NCBI GenBank assembly: GCA_000320545.1
Contig: ADNK01002144.1
Span: 26,853-90,852 of the forward strand
Direction of reading: 5' to 3'
DNA length: 64,000 nt
Origin: Bigelowiella natans CCMP2755
Taxonomy: Eukaryota > Protista > Cercozoa
Below, in pieces: positions 39,348 to 52,263 of this stretch. Below the pieces are notes generated by a model that ran no database searches, was not told the DNA's origin, and was given only the letters and a program-made list of their open reading frames with translations. A program made the translations under genes and the position numbers. Position 1 is the first letter of the stretch. Every line of letters starts with the position of its first letter.

Positions 39348-40537
39348 TATGTCTCCACCCCTTCCCGTAACGCACCAACCTCTAGAGTTTCTTAAGTCAA
39401 GCGGAATCACATAATTATAAACCGCCCACCATTGACTTATGCTCCCTGCAATAATAATCATCGAATCAGATCACTCATAAACAATGTCCTTAGAGTTACT
39501 CAAAACTTGGAACATTAGGAACCTCATCATTACAAAAACCTCCACACCATTTCATCATCATCACCGTGTCTTCGGTATAAAGATGGGATTTGATAGTAAG
39601 CATTTTATGTTGCGGTTTGCAATGATATTATTCGGTGTGCGGTAACGATGGCAACATTGATAATTTGCCATGATGAATATGTAGCTAACACCTACCCGCT
39701 AGGACGAACATATGCCAGACCACATGCGCCAAGTGAAACCGTGCAAGGAAGAAAGGAACGCCTCCAGTGTACATTACACCACCAACCACCAGCCAAAACA
39801 ATCCCGCCTGTTTTATAAAAGGTGATATGAGGAGGAAGAAGAAGACGAAGAAGACGAAGGAGGAGGAGGAGGAGGAGGAGGAGGAGGAGGAGCAAAAGAA
39901 GAAGAAAGATAAATATGAGCAAGAGCAAGCATAACAGTTATTCTATCAACTCAGCTACCATTCTTTAAGCAGGTCGTCTTTAACTACAAACTGTCGAGCT
40001 TATGATTGTTTCTTTAACTACAAACTGTCGAGCTTATGATTGCAATAACAATCCTGGAATGATGCCCCTGCTACTACTACTACTACTATTACTACTACTA
40101 CTACTCTTACTACTCTTACTACTACCACTGCAGATAATAGTAACAATAACAACAACAATACTGTGTAGGACGACGACGACGACGACGTACATCCGATATC
40201 GAGTTGGTCAAATCTTCAAAGCAGATGAGAATGCTCCATCCCATAGCCACGTACATGATCAAAGTGAGCTGCACCTTCCCGACGAAGTCATAAAACTCAA
40301 TGCAAAGCCCCACGGTGCAGCACGTCCACTGGAACCACAATAAAGGCACACTCCAGTAGTTATCATGGAGGGCCTATTCACGAGTAGTAAGAGGTTGAAG
40401 GGGGGTGAGGAGGAAGAGGAGGAAGAAGAGGAGGAGGCAACACAACACCACCCACATCATCCTTGACGATATGCCTGTTATATATACTATTACTAAAGTA
40501 TCCTATGGGAAGACTAGACACTTATCAATTTGCCTTC

Positions 40538-40573
<36 letters not shown>

Positions 40574-41129
40574 CATTTATAATCAATCTATTGCCGTCCC
40601 AATTCACCCAGCTATCCCTCTTTCAATTCAAATGCTCTTTCTATCTCTTCTTCTTCTTCTTCGTCATCATTATATCGGAGTACCAGCATCAGCACGGGTG
40701 TGTAGGTTCCAGCAATGAGTAGATATATGGCACTGTGATCTAAAGCCTATGGTAGTAGTAGTAGCAGCAGTAGTAGGAGTAGTAGGTGTTGTTTTTGTCG
40801 CACAAGTAAAACGCTTGATTGATTGTTGTTGCTATTGTTGTGTTGCGTGCATAGTATAATAGGTTTGCATATTCATCAAACCAATGTTTATCATGTTTTA
40901 ACTCCTCCTCTCCTCTTCAAGTTACCTGGAATATCTTATTCGTGGCCTTGCAGCAGAAGAAGGCATGGTAGAGGGTGGAGGACGTGTACAGCAACAACAA
41001 CGTGCACGAATACATGGTTGCTGCTACGTTTTCCGCCACACCATAAAGAGACGCTCTGCAGTGATCGAAGGACAAAGTAGTAGTAGCACAAGATGAAGGT
41101 GAAGAAGATGATGGTGATAAGAAGGGTTA

Positions 41130-41170
<41 letters not shown>

Positions 41171-41749
41171 GTACTCATTGTCATCTATACAGTAAGAGTA
41201 AACACACAATCACTCGCGTCCACATGTGAAAGCAGAAAGCAGCATAGTGTAAAGCTTCATCATCATCTTCAGCATCAGGATAAATCAGTACAAGGATGGC
41301 TACAAACTCACCTTCCGATCAAGAATATCGTTCCTATGATACACAGGATAATCCCCACCCCGTGTGTGATAGAATTTAACACCTCCTCTAGCTGCAATAA
41401 ACACCATCAATAGCAGTGATGATCCGTGGCAAATAAGACGGAAAAATGCATAACATACATGCATATATGCAAGCATACCACGAGGTTTCCTTCCAAATCG
41501 ACGACAGTGGAGATTATTCTGTGATGGAGGGTTCATAAGCCATAGCAGTGGAAGTGGTAGTAGTGGTAGTAGTAGTAGTAGTAGTAGTAGCAGCAGCAGC
41601 TTTTTCAATAAGTAGAATAGTGTTCAAAGTGCGTATATCACGAAGATGACGACGACGACGACGATGATGATAATGGCGATGTAGGCACACACCGATCGTT
41701 TGATTCGTATTTCGAACGCCTTTGTTCCAGTGCCCCTCTGTGTGTATTA

Positions 41750-41783
<34 letters not shown>

Positions 41784-41938
41784 CCAATAGCAAAAGGAGG
41801 AATGTAGTTGTAGGCAGGCTATGAGCGGTGCAACGTCGTCTACTCTTACGATGTCATGGTGATGAAAGCATACCTTAGTACTACTATCCCCTCGTTCCCG
41901 ATGTTGTTAACTGAAAGGTCCATTTCCACGACCGTCTA

Positions 41939-41970
<32 letters not shown>

Positions 41971-43911
41971 GTTGAAGGAAGAAGAAGGAGAGATAAACAA
42001 CAGCACCACCACAACAACAGGAGGAAGAGAGTACTATCAACATTCCAAACAAATGCTTGACATCGATACTCTGCTAGTAGAACCGCTGCTGCTAGTGAGC
42101 AGCACCACACCACCACCACCACCAACAACAATAACAACACACTGAGAAAGATCCCATCTTAAAAAAGACGCCGCAGGTGATGGATTCGAACCGTCTCTTC
42201 ATTTTCCAGGACCAGGCTTGCCATGTGTCTGTTAGTAGGGAGAGGTCACACATATATTTTATCTCGTTATTATGTCGGAAGGTCGTCGTCGTCGTCAAAA
42301 GTCTGAACTATTGTATATTTTATATCTTCCTCCTCCTCTAGTATCTACTATATCTTCTATAAGAAATGTTATCAGTGTTATCGATTAATTGAGGTTTAGT
42401 GCAATTAGAAGAGTTACAAGCAATCGATTGTAAGATAGACCGATGTTTTATTGTTATACGAATAACCAACTGCTGCTGCTGCTGCTCTTACTACTACTAC
42501 TTCTACTACTACTACTACAACTACTTCTTACTACAAGTAGGCAGTCATGTCATAAACTATTGTTCCAAACGTATTTGACATACACAAAAGTTGGAACCTA
42601 ACTGACACCGCAGAGGTATTGCTAAAACGACAACGCGTAGCCGCTGCCGAGGGTTTGTGTTTGATGACACAATTATTTCAACTCTACCTTGCTCCCTTTT
42701 CACCAATTCTACACGCCCTCAAGTTGATGTACTTTAACGAACGATTATGTCGTCCAATCGCATGAGCAAGGGCCTGCAGTGGCATTAATTTAATTGTATA
42801 GATAGGAGTTAGATACATATAGCAGCATGAGGTTGTTAACATATTTGTCAGGGAGATTAATGAATCACCTCGGCCCCCATACCCTGGATTCTAAGGCCGT
42901 GAAGATGAACGCTTTCTATGCGCTGATTCGCTTTTAAAATCTGGATAAATAGTACCGATGGTTGTTTAAATGGAAAGCAGCAGGCACCAAAACATTCCTT
43001 TGTATACATTTTATGTAGTATTTCCAACAAACTAAAATAATAATAATAAATAATAATAATAATACTAACAATGATAATAACAATAACAATAATAATAATA
43101 ATAATAATAATAATAGCAATGATAATAATGATAATCTATCATCATTGTTAATAATAATGTGTGTGTTTGTGTGTGTGAATCAGCAGAAATGAGTCCATAC
43201 AGTATGCGACCATAGGAGTGCTGTTTACCTCTGCTAGTGCAATGGCTCCGTGCACAGCAACTTCTGAGTATGAGAGATCTATGACTTGTATATGTTCCAC
43301 CTGCTCAGCATCAATAATCAATGTCATCGTTCATATACGGTTGTTATCACGAACATCTAGCGGTGGGCATGCAGTGTGGACATTTCGGTAAAGAAGACTG
43401 GAATAAATGAGTAGTAAGACACGCAAACCTGCTCGGGATACTCGAGCATAAGATCAGTCAAAGCCAGCCTACCCATAAACGATAGATCAAGAATCACAGT
43501 AGTTTTAAAAGAGCCAAAGTGTGACGACCAACACCAACAGCCATCACTTACATGTCAATATCCCCAAATGTCCTTGATGCTTTGAAAGTTGTAGTTTTGA
43601 ATCTCATAGCGATCATGACCTGAAAATGTTTGTAATTTTTTCGTCATCATGGATAGATGTTACAGAATCAGAGGAGTAATAGTCTATCCCCCTAGCATTT
43701 GGGCTCGTGTGCCGGGGTGGTTGTTCACACTTTTTCGTCAGCGTACACGTGTTTTAGATCGCGGTACCCCAGCATCAGGCTTGCAGCGATATTTATCACA
43801 GGTATGCGTGTAGAACTTGAGCGCGTCTTCGAAATCATCATTTTTTTTCAATTCCTTTGGGGAAGCCTTGAATAGGGCCGGCTGAAACTCTGATGTTGTT
43901 GAACAATTCGC

Positions 43912-43945
<34 letters not shown>

Positions 43946-44299
43946 CAACGATGACGATGACAGTGAAAGGAGGAGGACGCACATGATCCATCATCACAAA
44001 TATATAAATTACAAAACCGTTTGTCTGGGGCCCGCAACAAGCCATTTTTCTTCTTCTCCTTCTTCTTCTTCCTCTTCCTCTTCCTCTTCCTCTTTCCTTT
44101 GCGGCGAAGTGTCACCCGACGTAAGTGTCACGACGTGCTGGTCGTCTGTGTAAGACTTAGCAGTGCTCGTCGGTTGAGTTCTGAACAGTAAAAGACAGGG
44201 ATTTATATCATGCGACATGCTTTTGATCGGCTTTTTGGCGTTTTGATTATTTGATAAGGGTACTCGCATGCGAACTGCGATCATCAGGCAAACTTCCAT
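38900..44299 (-). CDS. RNI-like LRR + hemolysin III/PAQR multi-pass membrane protein, probably one fused gene; ends approximate
   Basis: LRR exons IQVIDLSYSEVAVHGAIALAE, IESVHLHGLRIQGMGAE and LKYINLRACRIGEKG. HlyIII exons EEVLNSITHGVG (~41355-41390), LYTSSTLYHA (~40960-40992), LDHSAIYLLIAGTYTP (~40695-40743), MYVAMGW, GGVMYTGGVPFF and HVVWHMFVLAG (~39695-39727). Confidence 0.82.
39290..44100. repeat. Cluster of mostly intronic microsatellites (CT, GGA, CTA, TAG, AT, GAT, AAT)n
   Basis: Examples: (CT)n ~39312-39344, (AT)n ~41133-41164, (AAT)n ~43037-43135, (GAT)n ~43912-43945. Confidence 0.9.
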
Positions 44300-44646
44300 G
44301 AAAGCTCGAGAACGGGTTCTCCGCCTCCTTCCGTCTCCTCGTCCTCAGTTGAATGTTTCTTCTTTCGCCTCTCACCACATCATCACCATTGAATACATTG
44401 ACAACCGTAGCACGAGCTGCCATACTGCTAGTCACTACAGCAGACAAACCACTCGTTCTTCATCGTCAATCTAATTTATCTTCTCCATCTATCTCCAGGG
44501 ACACAATCCACCACTACGATGATGCAGGCTTTTTCTTGATCTCAACAAGACAAGCAAGCAATGTGGGAGGGGGTCTGAGTTGCGTTGAGTTGAGTTGATT
44601 CGCTGCTCAAGAACCCAAAATCTTGCTGCTAGTTTGCAAGGGATTG

Positions 44647-46096
44647 ATGGGGATTTCCATACTTCAGTCCAACAATCGAAAAGTAATTACGACGATCTGA
44701 TAAAGACCGGAATACTTAATCCATACACGTAATTCTTAGGTTGTTCCTGCACGGAGCACGCTTCGCAATCGCTTCCGGCTTCCGATAAATAGCGATACCT
44801 CATTACTCTGCATAGTCCTCTCTGCAGTCGTTGCTTTCGTCTTATTTTCCCATTGTACTGCCACCAAACCAGAAGACTACTATCATCCAAGCAATCCTCG
44901 CACAGGGGAACAATTCTTCCTTTCTGGTGGTCCAGGGACGACAGGAAACACTGACACAGCGACAACAAGGAGGCACTTGCGAAATGGTAGAAAATAATAA
45001 TGATAATAATAATGATAATAATAATAATTCAAGCATAGCATTTTGACGGAGGAGCACCTGAGCTTTGAATTAACAAAGGTCATGACACTGAAATGGAGGG
45101 TACAAATACATTCGAAGCCTACCTAAAGCACCGTACTTCTGGTGTTCATATCCGTGGGTGTAAACCAAAGCTGCAACAACAAACTGAGAATAAAGAGGCC
45201 GTATGCGGAAAGCTTCTCGTTGACGTGAATTCTTGCTCAAAGGCCATGGTTACTCATCAAAATCTCTGCTGGCACAAATTCAATTTCTGATATAAGTTAT
45301 TTTTTTCCCTTCGTCTTCTTCTTCTTCTTCGTCGTCGTCGTCGTCATCTTCTTCTTCTCAGGTGAATCTCCTTCAGAAAGACGGAGGTACATTAGAACGA
45401 CTAACTCTCACAATTTTTAAGATGATACCATTACAATAAGCAGTCTTAGGGAACAGTGATACCCATCCCATACAGGTTATGACTTTGAGATTATGAGCCT
45501 CCCCATCGACTTCATTGAAAGGGTCATCTTGACGTAGCCATTTCTTCCGCCTTATACGCGATCGATCAAAACATTCAAAGTAAGCTTCACATTTAGGCGG
45601 ACGAGTTTCTAATGAAAGAGACATTGAAATACCTCTGTGAAAAAAAGGCTCTGGCTCTGCAACTGGTGAATGTCGGATTTTTGCTGAATAATGCTGCTCT
45701 TGTGAATACGTAGATACCACTGACTTTAGTTTGTGGTTAGATCCTAGGGAAACATGCTCCAGAGATAATCATGAATACTCGCATGTCCAAGGATTCTCAC
45801 AATTTTTATCGTGCAGCTTCTGCATATTTTAGGTAATAGCCCCAAAAGTATGTCGTTTTTATTTCTCATGAATATTTATTCTCCATAAGGAGCCGAATAT
45901 CTTGCGAGGATGGAAAAGATGGGCGACATGTTTTCACTAATGGTATCTTTTGTGTAATATAGTTGAGTTTCAAATCTTCATCTGGCTCGTGTATATAGGC
46001 GGGTGTAGTTGCAACCAAAGGATGGAAGATTTGGATTTACAACCTGCATGGGTATCGACAGGTGGACTTTTTAGGGATTCTGATGAAGAGGAATAG
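44647..46096 (+). CDS. Multi-exon protein of unknown function
   Basis: Putative start MGISILQSNNRK|gtaatt; exons ADEFLMKETLKYLCEKKALALQL and ILGKHAPEIIMNTRMSKDSHNFYRAASAYFR; terminal ...FFRDSDEEE*. Confidence 0.5.
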
Positions 46097-46363
46097 TGTG
46101 GCAAGTGATTTTCGTGAAGGTGCGCTCATACTTAAATTTAGCCAGCATCGCGTGCAATGTATGTGGCAAGGCAGAAACGCACCTGTTATTCAGCTAATAA
46201 GTAATTGATGCAAAGCATGCTATGCGACGTACAGAGCAATCGTGCAATAGCGAATGAGTTTGAATATTATAATATATCTATTCCTCCCAACTAGCCAACA
46301 GTGGAAATGATTATTTCTAGATTTAGTTATGAATAATGACACGACATGCGCACATGTGTTAAG

Positions 46364-46444
46364 TATGTGAGACGGATATAATGAAATGTTTAAATTTTTT
46401 CAATGGTCATCCTAATGTAGCTGTGCAGTGCAGCGGCTACAGCG
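46364..46444 (+). repeat. Conserved dispersed element, copy 3 (convergent spacer)
   Basis: TATGTGAGACGGATATAATGAAATGTTTAAATTTTTTCAATGGTCATCCTAATGTAGCTGTGCAGTGCAGCGGCTACAGCG. Confidence 0.85.
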
Positions 46445-46903
46445 TGTTAAGTATGTGGAAATAGATCATGACTAGAATGCTAAATCGGGCAGCTGGGCAG
46501 CTCCAGCTAGCCCACAGCCAAACGCCATAGATATATGACATGCCGCGCAGTCTTCGCTGACGTCGGACGCATAGACGGAAAAGTTTAGGTATATACAGCA
46601 GTGTAGCACAATAAGTAGAATGATGCATGATGACATGTACAGCACATGCGCTGATGCTCATATCTAGATATCTAGAGCTACACCCGCATGACTGCATGCA
46701 AATAATACAATGCCGACTAGCATGTATGAAGAAAATTTAGCTTCTTTAACTAAACTAACGACGTTACTTGCACAACAACACATGCATACACCGATAACGA
46801 GATCTAGTCTCCATCTAGCCATACTGTCATGAAAGAAGATTTCATCTTGCTTTGTTAACATCATCGAATGAACCACGATGTTGAATGTGGCACAACACTT
46901 GAA

Positions 46904-49055
46904 CTAAAGGACATCCTTCAAGAATTTTTCCTACAGTATGTGATAATTAATATAGTGGCCAGCACATGATAAAAAACGGAAGAAAATTTATACCATGCGA
47001 ATGTCGTGCATTTCCTCCAAAGCCTTCCATGCGGGCTGCAAATCGCATCATATTTTAAAAGAAATACGATCCATATTACTGAAATGCAAAACATATATAT
47101 TCTGAAATGACTACTAGAGCTTCTTACCTCCGCATGAAACTTAAGATATTCATTAGTAGGGTCTAGGGAATATGAATACCTGAATAACATATGTATATTA
47201 TAATGAACACACTACCGTTCAGCCGCATACGATTCTGTTTTTGATTGTGAATGTTTTCACCATCCCAGTGTCGCAGATGTAGCGACTCGACATCGTGCTA
47301 GAACAAGTACCACAGATAGCTCATCTGCTCCAAACATAGTAATGATAGTAAGGAAGAAAATGATGATATATAAAGAGGAAGGAAAGAAACAAACACCATA
47401 ATCCATAGAAACTCTGCATACATACATGATGGACACGAACGAATGCATTGTTGACACACACACACACACACACACACGTACACATACACGTATATACACC
47501 TGACGTAAGCTTGTATTTTGCAATATAGCCTTTAAGAAATGCAACCATTCCTTGATACAATAAGCTGCCGTCCTCCTTCTCCTTCTTTCCAAAGCCATGT
47601 ACTTTTCTGGGAGTGGTGGTACACCATCGATGTATTTAGTTAGTAAATTCTCACTTTTCGCGTCGATCCACCATCACAGTTGCAGGATTCATATTGTAAT
47701 ACATTAGATTGGATTGTTTGTCGTCGTGATAATTATAGATACTTTTGGTCCGCCTTCACCAACGCAATTGCAACATAGGCCATAGCAATAGCTGGATCAT
47801 TGACTCTCCAAGATATCTGGTATTATCATTACTTTAAATATCTATAACTATCATTTTGTGTATTATTACTGTCACTATTATTTTCCTCATAGGGAATAGC
47901 AGCGGCAGCAGCAGCAGCAGCACTACCACCATCAGCACCATGATTTGAAAGATGAAACGACTCTTTCAAGGGACAAGGTTTCTATGTCGGCACACACAAA
48001 CAAACCGTTGAGTCTCCAAAATCGATTACCCCCCCCACCTACGTGGACAAGAAACCGATAACGATGATGCACATTAAAACAAGTTAATAGTCTTCATGAG
48101 AAGCTTGGTATGTAGCGTCACATCTCCCTCTGATTATCTACTTCACTGTGTTGAAGAAGTCAAACAAACGTACCTCGTCATTCTTCGGAGATAATACAAT
48201 ATTCGCGTCATTGAAATCTCCATGAACAATTCCTTTCCTGATAGACAAGATTGATTAATGGATGCTTTCGCAACACATCATAGTCATTATCATTCTTATC
48301 ATCTGTAATTAGCACTGTTATCACATGGAAAGCTTTAATGATTAATAACGCAACAAGTTATTTAAAACGCATAATAATCTTCATTAAACCGAGTATACAC
48401 CATCGATGCAGTTGATCTCTCAATTCCAACTAATATTTACTGGATGATGATGATAATGATGATGATGATGATGATGATGTTTACCTTAACTTCATCTTTT
48501 CACTTAGCGGCAGCACAAGGGTCTTGAATTCCGATAACGTTTTCTGGAAGGAATCATGAACCACATGATGACTATGATGATATGCGCCATATCTTCACAG
48601 TTGTTGATTGATTGATGAGGAAAATAGATTATTTACGATCGAGATACATCGTTACTTACCATCATTACCAGCGTTCCACAACAAGGAGAACAGTTTCATC
48701 TACTCCTACTACTGCTATGACGAAGACGAGGAGGAGGAGGAGGAGGAGGAGGAGCTACTACCTTAAGTAGAGTGTGCTTAGGAAGATCGTTATGAAGCGG
48801 TTTGGTAAATACATCCGATGATACCTGGAAAATATAACATTTCCTATCAGATTCTTGCAATCAGAGACTACAACTACTACTCCTACTAATACAAATACTA
48901 ATGCTGTGGCAAGTGGTCATCATATACCATCTCGAAATTTTGTAAGTCCCATAAATGGGTTCTTTGCAGTCCTTTTGCATCGTCATCCTGGAGAGAGGAG
49001 TACAACGGGGTTACATATGGGGGGCGGGGGGGGGGGGGGGGAGGGAGAGAGATAA

Positions 49056-49092
<37 letters not shown>

Positions 49093-50481
49093 TGCAAAGT
49101 ATTTAACATAATAAAGATGTTGGAAGTAGTATGCACCTTGAATGTGTCGAGTGCACCATCTAAAGCTGCGAGATATGTGCCGGTCTTGCAACTTACATAC
49201 CAAGCAATTTTGGATGTCAGTGAGATGTCATCATTGGCTTTTGATACTATTAAGTTACAAGCAATCATGTTAAATTTATATTTGTTGGAAAGATGATGAT
49301 GATGATAATACAGTAGGTCTGGAGATATTGTTGGAGCAGTGGCTAATGTGTTTCCTTCTACCCACTTTAAAAGCCTTACTAAAGAAGTATACGTTTTAGT
49401 AATAGTAATAGCAGTAATAGTAAGGGATCTGTAAAGAAGTATCATACAAATGAAACGTGCAAGAACCAACATGGTATTGGGTAAATACGATTAGCGATGA
49501 GGTTCTGAGGGACTGGAAACTAGTGTGATATGAATGCTATCCATATTTTCGAATCATAAATAAATGAAAACCTGCATGCTCAGTGCAAGTCTTTGAATTT
49601 TCCCGTTCGATTTCTTTCTTCGCAATTTTAACTCTTGCGTAGAGCTTGTTCCCTTCTCCAGTAGATGCAATGGGGCACGGAACAACAAATCCAAGCTGGG
49701 AAAAGGTTGTATTCGTTCCACATCAACATGAGAGGTGATAGCTAAATTCGGAACTTATTTATCAACAGCCCTCTACCTTATCGAGGTGTAGCATCATTGA
49801 GTTTTGAGCATCCAGAAAGCGCTTCACGTTGTATGAATGGTAAGACAATACCAAGCAGTTAGTATCATCTTGAGAGACCGCTGAAGAAGAAAAGGAAACT
49901 TATTTTTTTTTAAAAATCGAACTGCTTACCGAATTTGCACTTTCCACGCCATTGTGATACTTACAAACAAACTTGCGGCCTCCTCCTTTCGACACTACTT
50001 CTTCACAAATAAGAAAGTTGGCGTCGTCGTAGCTGTCGAGACTCTTACATCTCTTTATTTCAGCGCAGATCCCAAAGATATCGAGGACAGCTTTGCAAGC
50101 CTCTTCAATGCTCACGTTAGGCTTCTCCACTTTCCTGCAAATGGGGAAGTACGAATGGTGATAGAGAAGAAGAAGATGATGATGATGATAATGATAATGA
50201 TGGCTGACGATCATACGGAGGTATAGACGATGGTATTTACAATTCTGGTGAATGTGGTCAGTACAGACACCCTAGGTATTTCTAATATCCAGATACGATC
50301 GTCTTTGCATGATACAAATTTTGAATTATTCGCCATAATAGGCGGCGGAAGAGGATCAGGTTTCGTGAATCATAAAAAGGATCAACGAAGATCCTGTTTA
50401 TCCAATCAGTGTCGTCCACATCACTGGTCAGCACGCAATCACACAAGCACCTCTCTACCTCCGTTCCTCATCTGTGCTCAT
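46904..50481 (-). CDS. Hydroxylysine kinase-like / aminoglycoside phosphotransferase (APH) family protein
   Basis: MSTDEERR|KVEKP..., LDSYDDANF, FVCKYHNGVES, VRLLKWVEG, RTHLWDLQNF, Brenner motif IVHGDFNDANII, IDFGDS, VNDPAIAMAY, SATLG, DPTNEYLKFHA, ...EKFLKDVL*. Confidence 0.85.
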
Positions 50482-50650
50482 CGTTCTTACGAGTAGGGTT
50501 CTGTTCGAAGTGGATGATGTATTTTTACACTGCGACATGGTTTTGGGTGATATTTTGCTGTCGCTGTCTTGAATTCGCCTACCACTGTGGCTTAGTACAA
50601 AGTTCGGACAAGCGCACATCGCCTTCCCCCTTTCATGGTCGCCGATCCCC

Positions 50651-52212
50651 ATGTCGGACAACAAAATGGAGCCGCCTCGGAATGCAGCAAAGCAAGAGAA
50701 ACTAGGAGATCTCATAAACGAAATGGTCTCCGAGATGGCTTCTACATCTGCCTCCAATGGAAAGATGGAAACACCACAGGATGCCAAGGGCGACAGCTCG
50801 AATGAAAAAACAAAGGATTACCGGAAGGAGCTGCCATCTGCTTCTTTTATTAAAGCGGCGAACACAACGTTTACTAAAGTAAGATGAGATAGTACTGATG
50901 AGTTAAATGGCATTTATCCCCATCGTCATGTTTTACTGCTGTCGGACATAACAGGAGGGTGATGGGACGGGAGGCGGAAGTGTTGTTGCAAACGGCTGGA
51001 ATAACGCGATGTCACAAATCGGTTCATGGTTTAAGAAGAATGATGATTCTTCTGTTCAAGAAAGTGGGAATGGTACTAACCGCAAAGCAGCGACATCTGA
51101 GACCTCCAGCGAAGAACAATTACCACCATCTGGTCAACAATACATATGTCAAACACATATTATCCCTTCCTTTCCCCCAGCAATAATGATGAATAGCCAA
51201 TGGCTGCTTTCTTCCTTAACATGCAGGGTTGAGAAAGTCTGGCGTAGTTTATTTGAAGCCCCCCTTTAACCAGCAAAGTAACAGCTTGTTCCGAGGCCTC
51301 ATGGTATAGCGCCGACCCTAACCCCTTATTCGTTTTTATGAATCAAGTCTAATTCGTCAGTCATTCTGAATTAAGTAGTAGTATCTATTTTCTGATCGCG
51401 CTAAAATTGACCGTCGCTCATCTTTTAGGATTTGAATACCCCCCGACGATTCGTTGTAGTTACAGACCATCTTATTGAGGTTTATAGGGACCAAGGTTAA
51501 AATAAATACCTCATCCGAATTGTTACTGTGTTTTATTTATCGCATTGATGCTGATTCAAATGCTGTGTGCAGCTGAATTTCGCAAACAAGGTAAGGCAGA
51601 GAAGGCCCTTGGTCTTGACGGAATTCAAGCCAAACTTAAGGTTAATGAATGTAACGGGAGAAAAGCAGGGATGAGAAAAGAAAATGCTCAACCGTCTCAA
51701 ATCGTGAAATATCTCTTTCTTGCTTGCAGGTGATGGATGTTGGCAATGGATCTAAAGCCCACGCTTTTGAGCTTGGTAGTAAATACTCAAATTGAAGATG
51801 GGGGTGACAATGAAGAAGAGAGATAAGAGCTTGCTCATGACTGGTATCTACGTTGGTATTCAGTTTCTCGAAAGCAAAATCGTAAATGGAGCTTCTTCAC
51901 CGAAACACACCTCGAAAGTCTTGAATGGGTCACGGCGGTTATGGAGAAAAAGTAAAATACTAAAGCCTATCATTCTTCTTTTGTTTAATATACTATCCTT
52001 GAAATGGTGATGGTTGCTAGGAAGGAACATGCAGCTGCTATCGGAAAGGCCAAACATCGAAGAAAGGTCTCAATACCAGGTATCAATCCCCACCTAAGAC
52101 TGATGAAAACAATCTCAATTTAATTTTATTAAGACTAATAAGTCTAGCCGTTCTGCATGGTGCTACATTTTAGGATTATATATTAATTTCAAATCGTAGT
52201 ATATTCTACTTA

Positions 52213-52263
<51 letters not shown>

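Noticed and set aside
21641-44153. Many poly-L/V/I/K/H/YI ORFs in the ORF track
   Set aside because: Translations of microsatellites, mostly intronic.
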